Source: Lachnospiraceae bacterium (GTDB lineage Bacteria; Bacillota; Clostridia; Lachnospirales; Lachnospiraceae). From it: 64,000 nt of DNA. Shown one piece after another: positions 51,269 to 59,520 of this stretch. The first letter of the stretch is position 1. Each line of letters starts with the position of its first letter. The notes under the pieces were generated by a model. The model saw nothing but the letters and a program-made list of their open reading frames with translations, did not search any database and had not been told where the DNA came from. The stretch lies in assembly GCA_045600945.1 (NCBI GenBank), contig JAZRYX010000027.1:1730-65729 (forward strand), read 5' to 3'. The position numbers and the translations under genes are program-made.

Positions 51269-53185
51269 TTTCATCCGACTGTTAAGTGTCCTTATTCCGC
51301 TTAAATATCCTCCCGGTGTTCCATCAAGTTTATATATGTTTCCTTCCGTAACATGCGCATACAATTTAATATCATCTATATAACACTGCGCCGTCGCCGA
51401 TATCGATATGTTTCCTTTGCACTGGCTTCCGAAGTCAATGTCTATTGTCTGCGAACCCGGGGCGAAGCCTGCACTCTTGCTGACTCCTCCGACTGTTACG
51501 GTAACGGTTCCGCTTTCCGATGAATCTACTTTAAGCTGCGCTTTTGTGCTGTAGGAACTATTGAATCCTCTGCCTGTCAGATCCTGGGAAATCACTGCTC
51601 CCAGATTCATATGCATTTTTTTATTGCCGTTTATATCTTCAACAGATGCACCGCTTACACTCCAGCCTTTTGTATCTCTTCCGAACTCGGGATTGTAAAT
51701 GATGCTGTCGGCATAGTCCTTATATGTCCATAAGCCGTACCCTGTGGTCTGTGCGTTGAATACGCCTGCCATAGCCGCCAGATAGGCATTTACATCTGAA
51801 ACCCTGGCAAGATTTTCATATCCCGGAGTCGTCTCCATATACAGGAACTGGTCTATGAATACCGGCTTACCCGCTGCCTGTACTCTTGCGATAAGCGAGG
51901 AACTCATTGCTGCCGCATTTGCCGGCGGTATAACTGTTCCGTCCGGAAATCCCATAGCAGCCGTAACTATTGTTGACGAATACGGTGCATTACCGCATCC
52001 GAATGTTTTTACATGCGAGTATGGCTTTCCGTCGCTTGTCATATCATCAAAGAGTCTGCACTCCATCGACAGATTCGGAAATACCTGCTGTGTCTGCGTG
52101 AGAAGCTCCATCAGCTTGTTATCCATATCTTCGTATCCGTAACATGTAGATGCAAGTGATGACCAGAAATCCTCCCAAGTAATAAAACCTCCGATAAAGT
52201 TCGGATGAGGGGCGCATATCTGATAAACCCTCTGGGCGTATTTAAGCCATGCTGTCCTTTCGTTTCCATTTGTGAACAGACGGTTGAATCTGTTCATCGA
52301 TGAGCTTTGATCTGCATAGTCCCATGTGTATCCGAGCCTGATCATAGCCTGAAGTCCGCATGTTCTGGCTCTGCCCAGCATTTCATTAAGCTTTGTAAGT
52401 GCGGTCTCATCAAAACCTGTTATCGGATCCGGCTGTATCTCCCTCCAGGGAACGCAGAATATTACGGTATTAAATCCGTCCGCTTTTATCTTTGCGAAAT
52501 CAGCTTCTGCCTGCGCATGCTCGCTGTTGAGAAAATTAACAGGCCACTCGTTTCCGAAATATGTGACTGCCTTTGTCTTGGCAAGAGTTTCATCTTTTCT
52601 TCCTACTATCATAAAACTCATAAGCAGGAAAAATGCTATCATTTTAAGACTTATTTTCATCTTCGGTTTTATCCTTTTTGTGTATAACAGTCTGACTTTA
52701 TCAAGTAATATATCATATATGAGCATAACTAAAATCATGATTACATAATATACCGTATTAATTACCATACTCACGGACTTAAACTCGGCAAGAACCGCCT
52801 GCAGCTTCAGTACGTAGCAAAGCACAAAATACATTAAACCGATAGCCACAGAAAATACCGCCACTTTTACCGCAATACAGAGCGGTTTTGGCTTTATTTT
52901 CTCAAGTATCGGTTTCAGCATGGGATAGTATCCTACGAAAATGTAAAAAGCAGCCGCTTCTTTATCCGCCAGCAGTAAAACGGAAAGTAATGATACCGTG
53001 ATCCAGACCATCCATCCCCATTTGACATTTATCTGGTCGATAACCGGTATAAGGAATATACCGGCAAAAAGCGGTGCTGCATATGTCAGCACCGGTATAA
53101 GGCTGCTAAGCGATAAGATGGCCACACTGAGTGCGGCCATCAAACCACTGAATGCAATTTTAAAGCTTAACTTAATAGTACTCAC
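51266..53185 (-). CDS. Fusion ORF: N-terminal ~175-aa polytopic membrane module, then an internal signal-peptide-like segment, a TIM-barrel glycosidase-like domain and a CBM-like C-terminal domain
   Basis: 639 aa with a GTG start overlapping the upstream stop by 14 nt. Residues 176-200 read MKISLKMIAFFLLMSFMIVGRKDETLA (signal-like). DGFNTVIFCVPWREIQPDP resembles GH5/GH42-type barrels. The C-terminus ...GWSVSGASVEDINGN...CYIDDIKLY is CBM4/9-like. Confidence 0.6.
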   Translation of the reverse strand: MSTIKLSFKIAFSGLMAALSVAILSLSSLIPVLTYAAPLFAGIFLIPVIDQINVKWGWMVWITVSLLSVLLLADKEAAAFYIFVGYYPMLKPILEKIKPKPLCIAVKVAVFSVAIGLMYFVLCYVLKLQAVLAEFKSVSMVINTVYYVIMILVMLIYDILLDKVRLLYTKRIKPKMKISLKMIAFFLLMSFMIVGRKDETLAKTKAVTYFGNEWPVNFLNSEHAQAEADFAKIKADGFNTVIFCVPWREIQPDPITGFDETALTKLNEMLGRARTCGLQAMIRLGYTWDYADQSSSMNRFNRLFTNGNERTAWLKYAQRVYQICAPHPNFIGGFITWEDFWSSLASTCYGYEDMDNKLMELLTQTQQVFPNLSMECRLFDDMTSDGKPYSHVKTFGCGNAPYSSTIVTAAMGFPDGTVIPPANAAAMSSSLIARVQAAGKPVFIDQFLYMETTPGYENLARVSDVNAYLAAMAGVFNAQTTGYGLWTYKDYADSIIYNPEFGRDTKGWSVSGASVEDINGNKKMHMNLGAVISQDLTGRGFNSSYSTKAQLKVDSSESGTVTVTVGGVSKSAGFAPGSQTIDIDFGSQCKGNISISATAQCYIDDIKLYAHVTEGNIYKLDGTPGGYLSGIRTLNSRMK

Positions 53186-54380
53186 CCGGTACTACAAGTA
53201 CCAGATCGGCGATCGGGAAGCTTGCGCACGGATGTATCTCACCGCTCTCTTTATCTGCCCAACGTCTGCCGTCGGTTTCTTCAGGTATGAAGACTTCACC
53301 CGAGATGAGTCTTGAACGGCACCATCCGCACTCACCGCTGCGGCAGCGTGAAGGAGCTTTGATTCCCGCTCTTTCGATTGCTACAAGCAGAGGCTCGTTG
53401 GCATCGGCATCAATAACTTTCTCTGTATCACCCTGACGAACAGTTACCTTAAATACTTTATCTTTCTTATCCTGCGGATATCCCGGCTGTTCCCAGACTT
53501 TCTTGGTCGCTCCGAGAAGCTCACGGCGTACATGCTTTCTGTCGAGTCCGAGTTTCTCAACCTCGCCTGCCGCAAATCTGTACATCGCCTCAGGTCCGCA
53601 GATAAATACGCTGTAATCATCAGACGGTGCATATTTCCTGATAAGTTCTGCCGTGATAAATCCGTTTTCATATCCTTCCTTTGTCTCATCTGAAAGAACG
53701 TGAATGACTTTTACCTTATCACATACTGATGTGATGGCATCAAGTTCTGCCTTGAAAAGAATCGCTTTTTCTGTCTTACTTCCAAAAAGAATGGTAAGAC
53801 TAAAATCTTCGATTCCGTCACGGATAGCATATGCCATTGAAAGGAACGGTGTGATTCCCGAACCGCCGGCAAGAGCTACTACGTTCTTTGAATCACGAAG
53901 TGACTCATAGTAGAACTGTCCCTGTCCGTCTGATCCGATAACTTCATCACCAATCTTGAAATTATCCAGCATCCAATCAGCTGCAAATCCGCCCGGATTT
54001 TTCTTAACGGTAATTGCGATTTTTCCTTCAAGCGCCCACTTCGGTGAAGATGAGATTGAATACGGGCGGGTTACAAAGCTGTTCCCGATCGGAAGTTTTA
54101 AAGAGATGTACTGACCTGCCCTGAAATATGCTGCAGGTTTTCCGTCTGCTCTCTTTAATACAAATGTCTTGGCATCTGCATCTTCATGATCCATTATCTC
54201 TGTGATAATGAACTTCTGATAATCAGGATGCATAGCCTTAGCGAAGTTATTAATAGGATAATCAGCCGTAATTTCTTTTGCGGGTGCCGCATCTATTGCC
54301 TGCTGACGTGTCTTACTGAGGTTTGCAAATTTAAGCATATCAAGAAGTCCGATAAGACCTACTTTAACATTAAGTGCCAT
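53172..54380 (-). CDS. FNR-type FAD/NAD(P)-binding reductase with a C-terminal plant-type 2Fe-2S ferredoxin domain
   Basis: RPYSISSSP (FAD RxYS motif), VVALAGGSGITP (NAD-binding motif), and C-terminal CRSGECGWCRSRLISGEV...HPCASF (2Fe-2S Cys pattern). Confidence 0.8.
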   Translation of the reverse strand: MALNVKVGLIGLLDMLKFANLSKTRQQAIDAAPAKEITADYPINNFAKAMHPDYQKFIITEIMDHEDADAKTFVLKRADGKPAAYFRAGQYISLKLPIGNSFVTRPYSISSSPKWALEGKIAITVKKNPGGFAADWMLDNFKIGDEVIGSDGQGQFYYESLRDSKNVVALAGGSGITPFLSMAYAIRDGIEDFSLTILFGSKTEKAILFKAELDAITSVCDKVKVIHVLSDETKEGYENGFITAELIRKYAPSDDYSVFICGPEAMYRFAAGEVEKLGLDRKHVRRELLGATKKVWEQPGYPQDKKDKVFKVTVRQGDTEKVIDADANEPLLVAIERAGIKAPSRCRSGECGWCRSRLISGEVFIPEETDGRRWADKESGEIHPCASFPIADLVLVVPGEYY

Positions 54381-55921
54381 TATTTGTTACCTCCTTCCTT
54401 AAGCTCGCTGCACGCCATGGCAGCACACATATCTCCGTTGATCCATGTTGATGAATATCCGTCGCCTCTGAATGAAGCTGCGCCGATATGGCGAAGTCCC
54501 TTGATCGGGAACTCCTCAGGAATCATCATCATACGAGCAAGCATCGCGTCCCATCCTCCGAGGTCATAACCGTAGGTTGATCCCTCAGGTGTTCCGAGAT
54601 ATCTTGCAAATGTCATAGGTGTTGCTATCTCAACCTCTTCGATATAAGGCTCGATGTCAACGCCGTATTTCTCTTTCATTGTCGTAAGACACTTCTTTGC
54701 GAGTTTATCTTTAAGCTTATAGTAGTCTTCCGGTTTCACGTTGTTCCAGTCATCCGGTCCATACATTGATGTAAAGCTGCATACGCAGGTTCCTTCCGGT
54801 GAGAAATCGGGAATAAGCGTGTTGTAGCAAAGAAGGATAGTAAACTCGTTTGTATCTATATGCTTGAAGCTCTCAAACTCTTTACGTGTATCGCATGTTC
54901 CCGGGAAGAATACGGTATAGTCTTTGATGCCAAGTTCTTCAGCTGTCTTGTTAAGTGCGAAATAGCAAACGAACATTCTTGCCGAGTAATTATGATTACG
55001 AGCCGCCGAAAGTTTCTTCTCTCTTTCCGGTACAAGTTCCTTCGGCATCATCTTTGCATATATGATATCAGGGTTAATGTTGGCAAGAACCTGCTTGCAC
55101 TCTACCGTGCCGAGGCTTGTCTTAACTCCGCAGATATGATCTCCGTCAAACAGGAACTCTTCCGCCCTGCAGTTAAACCAGGCTTCTCCGCCAAGCTCAT
55201 AGAATCTGTTCATGAATGTCATAGAGATCTCATGAGATGTATGATGCGGGATAACCGCTTTTCTTGTGATATACATATCGAGCATGTTGCCGAAATGAAG
55301 GAAGTTGATCTCATCAAGCGGGACTCCTAAGTAACACCAGTATACTGAAAGGATATCTATGGCTTTCTGCGGGAGCTTGATTGCTTTCTTCATAACATCA
55401 AGTGCCGGATAGCCGCAGGTTCTGAGTGTATTCGGGAAATGCTCCTGCATATACTTGGAATCGTTTGGTGTTCCGTCGTTCATATACTCAACGGCTGCTC
55501 TTACTTCTTCGAAAAGATCAAACAAAGTGTTCATCTTCTCTCTTGTTCCCGGAACATACTCCTCCATCTTATCAATGAAAGCTTCACGTCCTGTCGGCAT
55601 AGAAATGTCCATAGGTGTTCCGTCGGAATATTTGGAAATACAGCGATAACAATCCGGAACCGTGATCCAGTCAACATTGATACCGTTTCTTTCCATCATA
55701 CGTCTTACATGACCCTTGTTATCATCCGGACCGAAGTCACAGATTTCATGAACACTTGGGTCGAATTCAAACCTACCTCTTCTGAAGCTGGACGCACATC
55801 CACCCGGAAGGTTATGCTGATCGATCAAAAGTGTCTTTTTTCCTTCACAGACAGCTTTTACTGCAGCACTAAGTCCGGCGTTTCCTGCTCCAACCACAAC
55901 TACATCGTACTTTGTTGCCAT
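54380..55921 (-). CDS. CrtI/phytoene-desaturase-family NAD(P)/FAD-dependent oxidoreductase
   Basis: The N-terminus YDVVVVGAGNAGLSAAVKAVCEGKKTLLIDQHNLPGGCASSF is the GxGxxG-type amine-oxidase/CrtI dinucleotide fold. Length is 513 aa. Confidence 0.75.
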   Translation of the reverse strand: MATKYDVVVVGAGNAGLSAAVKAVCEGKKTLLIDQHNLPGGCASSFRRGRFEFDPSVHEICDFGPDDNKGHVRRMMERNGINVDWITVPDCYRCISKYSDGTPMDISMPTGREAFIDKMEEYVPGTREKMNTLFDLFEEVRAAVEYMNDGTPNDSKYMQEHFPNTLRTCGYPALDVMKKAIKLPQKAIDILSVYWCYLGVPLDEINFLHFGNMLDMYITRKAVIPHHTSHEISMTFMNRFYELGGEAWFNCRAEEFLFDGDHICGVKTSLGTVECKQVLANINPDIIYAKMMPKELVPEREKKLSAARNHNYSARMFVCYFALNKTAEELGIKDYTVFFPGTCDTRKEFESFKHIDTNEFTILLCYNTLIPDFSPEGTCVCSFTSMYGPDDWNNVKPEDYYKLKDKLAKKCLTTMKEKYGVDIEPYIEEVEIATPMTFARYLGTPEGSTYGYDLGGWDAMLARMMMIPEEFPIKGLRHIGAASFRGDGYSSTWINGDMCAAMACSELKEGGNK

Positions 55922-57369
55922 AAAGCCTCTCCTTTCTTTAATATCTCGATTTTTCTTTCATAGAATTTCAAAGAATCATTATTTTTATAATACTCTTCAC
56001 AACCGTATCTTGCAATGAACCTTGAAGAATAATATCCTATCGTAAGTTCGGTAACCAGTATGAGCATCTCCTGTCCTTCACCGAAAACTTCTTCGACAAA
56101 CTTGAAAAGATTGGAAAGTCTTTTACCTGCCACAACAGCGTCTGATTTCATCTTTTCAAGCATCTCATCATAATCCGATTTGATATGTGCAAAATCCGAC
56201 TGTGATGTTATATGTCTGTTTAAGAACTTAAGAACCGTCTCATACTTGTCTCTTTTATCTGACGAAAGCACTCCCATCTTACGGAATCTGTGATAAAGCA
56301 CTTCCTCCTCTTCAGTCGCGATTATAAGATCTTTTCCTTCTTTAACTTCTTTCAGTATCTTGAGAAGTTCGGTTATTACATCTTCCTGTTTCATAACAGC
56401 GGTTATGCCGGCATAAACACTATCCATCAGAAGTCCGAGAAGGCTTATTCTTTCGTCAAATCCCGCCTCTTTTGCCCGGTTCTTGATTTCCGCGGGTGCA
56501 TTTCCTGAAAGTATCTCCTCAATCTTATAATCGGATTTATATTTGTTATACAGGTCATAATAGGTTGCAAAGTCTTCTGCGATTTCGGGGTTCTGTATAT
56601 ACTGTTCTATCAGTTTTTTATCAACCGGTATCGCCCTTTGTTCATACAGTTTGATAATATCACTTAAGTCTATCCAGCCTCGTGCCGTAACGAAATTTTT
56701 ACCGTCTACGGTCTCTTCGATCTTATAGAAATATTCTTTTCTGATATCAAGATATGTAAGTATCGCTGCATGTGTTTCGTGCTTATATGCGTATGCTTTC
56801 CATGCATCATAGTCCGGTTCTATCTCGACTTTTTTCAGTCTGTCCCATGTCACTATATCGAACTCTCTTGCACTTCTGTTATAGGCGATCGGGTTTCCGG
56901 CCGTGACTACTATCCATCCGTCGGGAACTTTGTGACGACCGAAAGTCTTAAACTGCAGAAACTGAAGCATGGTCGGTGTAAGTGTTTCCGATGCACAGTT
57001 TACTTCATCAAGAAACAGTATCCCTTCTTTTAGTCCGGTTTCCTCCATGCAATCATAAACCGATGAGATAATCTCGCTCATGGTATATTCGGAAACATCA
57101 TATTCATCTTCCCCGAACTTCTTGTGAACTATCTTCGGAAGTCCCAGTGCGGACTGCCTCGTATGATGAGTGATGGAGTATGAAACCAGTCCCAGTCCGA
57201 GTTCCTCCGCAACCTGTCTGACGATGGCTGTCTTGCCTATTCCGGGAGGACCCATAAGAAACACGGGTCTTAACTGCGAAGGCTCCAGCACATAATTACC
57301 GTTGGCATCACGTGTGGAGTAGGCCTTTATAGTATTAAATACCTGTTCTTTTGCTTCGGCTATATTCAT
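55900..57369 (-). CDS. AAA+ ATPase (AAA_5/MoxR-like core) with a long helical C-terminal extension
   Basis: Walker A FLMGPPGIGKTAIV, Walker B ILFLDEVNCA, VVTAGNP; 489 aa. Its start overlaps the upstream stop (ATGA). Confidence 0.8.
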   Translation of the reverse strand: MNIAEAKEQVFNTIKAYSTRDANGNYVLEPSQLRPVFLMGPPGIGKTAIVRQVAEELGLGLVSYSITHHTRQSALGLPKIVHKKFGEDEYDVSEYTMSEIISSVYDCMEETGLKEGILFLDEVNCASETLTPTMLQFLQFKTFGRHKVPDGWIVVTAGNPIAYNRSAREFDIVTWDRLKKVEIEPDYDAWKAYAYKHETHAAILTYLDIRKEYFYKIEETVDGKNFVTARGWIDLSDIIKLYEQRAIPVDKKLIEQYIQNPEIAEDFATYYDLYNKYKSDYKIEEILSGNAPAEIKNRAKEAGFDERISLLGLLMDSVYAGITAVMKQEDVITELLKILKEVKEGKDLIIATEEEEVLYHRFRKMGVLSSDKRDKYETVLKFLNRHITSQSDFAHIKSDYDEMLEKMKSDAVVAGKRLSNLFKFVEEVFGEGQEMLILVTELTIGYYSSRFIARYGCEEYYKNNDSLKFYERKIEILKKGEALWQQSTM

Positions 57370-58040
57370 AGTTCGAAATCTCCCATGTTAACGGTTTCTT
57401 TATTTCCTGCTTCAAGCAGCAATGCAACTGCCTCGGTCTCTTTTCTGATATTGGCCTCTTCGATATATTGTCCGATATTTTCCTTTCTCAGAAGTTTTTC
57501 TGAAACCAATCCGCTGAGCGCTGCTGTATTATTGAACTTAAGTATGCGTTCCATTATCAATGCTTCATTTTCTTTGATGAAAGTCTCGGCATGCAGGCGC
57601 GTTTTTTCATTGTGTTTCTCAGGACATGTGCACCAGAGCAAAGTATAAAGCAGTTCCTCAGGCGGATTGCATACCTGCGGATATCCGGCCGCCACATATC
57701 CCTCTAAAAGATTTCTGCAGTCCCCAAAGGCATCGGTTCCAATAAAAGTATTATCATTCGGAATCTCTATATATTTAAGATCCGGACATGAGAAAAATGC
57801 TTTCTCGTCTATAGTCTCAATCGACTTAGGGATAATGACTTTCTCCAGTCCGCTTTCCCCGAATGCTTCTTCCCTTATAGTTTTAAGTGTTTGCGGAAGC
57901 TTTACTGATTTGAGGTTAATGCACCCGAAAAACGCTACTTCACCTATATCTTCAATTCCCTCGGGAATATCTATGTGAGTTAATTCTTCGTTTTGAGCGT
58001 ATGCACCCGGCTCTATTTTTTTATCTGCCGAATCTGTCAT
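57366..58040 (-). CDS. BspA-type leucine-rich-repeat protein without a signal peptide
   Basis: Repeats IPEGIEDIGEVAFFGCINLKSVKLPQTLKTIREEAFGESGLEKVIIPKSIETIDEKAFFSCPDLKYIEIP. There is no N-terminal hydrophobic segment. Length is 224 aa. Confidence 0.75.
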   Translation of the reverse strand: MTDSADKKIEPGAYAQNEELTHIDIPEGIEDIGEVAFFGCINLKSVKLPQTLKTIREEAFGESGLEKVIIPKSIETIDEKAFFSCPDLKYIEIPNDNTFIGTDAFGDCRNLLEGYVAAGYPQVCNPPEELLYTLLWCTCPEKHNEKTRLHAETFIKENEALIMERILKFNNTAALSGLVSEKLLRKENIGQYIEEANIRKETEAVALLLEAGNKETVNMGDFEL

Positions 58041-59346
58041 TTAGTATATCTTCCTCCGGGAGATAAAGTTTCATCGCCCATTCCGGTGTCCATACATCAC
58101 TGAGCCCGTCATCATGAATGATAAAGGCCACATCATAATCCGGTTTCTCACCCGGGAATACTCCCTTGCCGTCGGTGAAATACAAAACACCTCTTAAATC
58201 TGTCAGCTTTTTCTGAGTTACAAGTTCATCAACGTAAGCAAAGAGCGGCCTGAAATCAGTCTCTCCGAGACCTTTTATCTCCATCTTTTTAAGATAGTCA
58301 TCAAAATCTTCCTTGCATGTTATATAAGCAACATCCTGCACCTTGTCATCACATTGGATAATATACATATTGACTTTGGTGCTGAAGTTTTCCTGTTTTG
58401 CAAGTATATCATGCGTATGCTGGACGAACTTCTGAACCACTTCCCCCTCTACGCTGCCGGACGTATCGATTGCGATAACGAAATCACGAATCTTATTCTG
58501 ATCTCTGTATTCGAGCGGTTCAATCAGCGGTATGTTACCGTATAGTTCAAGTCCGTATGTGTAGTAATTGTTGTCGAACTCTTCATCCGACAGTCTCATA
58601 ACCTCACCGTGGACTCCGAAATGTTTCAGAAACTCCGTATAATCATGCCTCGCTTTATTTATGTCCCTCAGGTTTTGAGTAAGTGCATTCTCATCACCCA
58701 TTATGACTTCAAGTTCAGTCTCCATGCGTTTGGAGATTATTTCCCACAGTTCATTTAAGTCTATGTCGGCCTCGGCAGCATTGGCAGAACGCCCTGTTCC
58801 GAACCATATGCTATGATCATCACCGACAAACGGTACTCTGTTACCCAGCAGTTCACTGTCGGGAACTTTCTTATCAATGAGCCATCTGTAGATCCGTTCT
58901 GCGGTAAGTGCCGGCAATTCTTCTTTGAGCATTGCCGTCGTAGCCTGCTGCGCACTTGATCTTCTGCAATCCGTCACCGGCTTTGAAAGTTCATTTATCG
59001 CGTTCTCCACCGCTACATCACATGCAAGATTCCATGCGTTTTTGTTTATATCTTTTCCGACATAATAGTGTCTGAAAACACAATGAAGCAGGCTGTGCAA
59101 TATGTTTCTCGTAACAACTGTCTGTTCATTCTGATAAAGGCTGATGACAAACCACGGGCTGTATAGTATGTTTCTCCCGTCAGTTGCAAATGTTGCCTGC
59201 ATCTCCGGGACAAATCTGATATTGGCTATTGCCCTGTCCATATATCTAAGATTCACCAGGAGCTGATTTCTTGAAAGCACCAGAATATCAGCCGCAAGTT
59301 CCTGCGCCTTTGAAAGATTGTCTTCCTTTTTATCTCCGGTACTCAT
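58021..59346 (-). CDS. VWA-domain protein with an N-terminal zincin-like (DUF2201_N-like) domain
   Basis: MIDAS motif VIAIDTSGSVEG. The N-terminal helix ...NILHSLLHCVFRHYY carries HSLLH in place of HExxH. Length is 441 aa. Confidence 0.7.
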   Translation of the reverse strand: MSTGDKKEDNLSKAQELAADILVLSRNQLLVNLRYMDRAIANIRFVPEMQATFATDGRNILYSPWFVISLYQNEQTVVTRNILHSLLHCVFRHYYVGKDINKNAWNLACDVAVENAINELSKPVTDCRRSSAQQATTAMLKEELPALTAERIYRWLIDKKVPDSELLGNRVPFVGDDHSIWFGTGRSANAAEADIDLNELWEIISKRMETELEVIMGDENALTQNLRDINKARHDYTEFLKHFGVHGEVMRLSDEEFDNNYYTYGLELYGNIPLIEPLEYRDQNKIRDFVIAIDTSGSVEGEVVQKFVQHTHDILAKQENFSTKVNMYIIQCDDKVQDVAYITCKEDFDDYLKKMEIKGLGETDFRPLFAYVDELVTQKKLTDLRGVLYFTDGKGVFPGEKPDYDVAFIIHDDGLSDVWTPEWAMKLYLPEEDILNDRFGR

Positions 59347-59349
59347 CCG

Positions 59350-59520
59350 TCACATCTGATGCCTTACAACCTGATATTCATCTCCGTTTCTGTAAAACGG
59401 ACAATCTTTATAGTGACTTAACTGCAGTCGATAAACTTCATCTTCATCCATGTCCACGCTGCAGTAATACTCTTCATATTCCTCATCCCATGCGTAGTAC
59501 GCACATGTATCACAACTCAT
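59350..59520 (-). CDS. Small acidic 4-Cys protein (56 aa), not in the supplied ORF track because it is shorter than 60 aa
   Basis: Translated by hand as MSCDTCAYYAWDEEYEEYYCSVDMDEDEVYRLQLSHYKDCPFYRNGDEYQVVRHQM. Its ATG overlaps the upstream transporter stop (TAATG), and its stop lies 3 nt before the VWA gene ATG. Confidence 0.6.
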   Translation of the reverse strand: MSCDTCAYYAWDEEYEEYYCSVDMDEDEVYRLQLSHYKDCPFYRNGDEYQVVRHQM

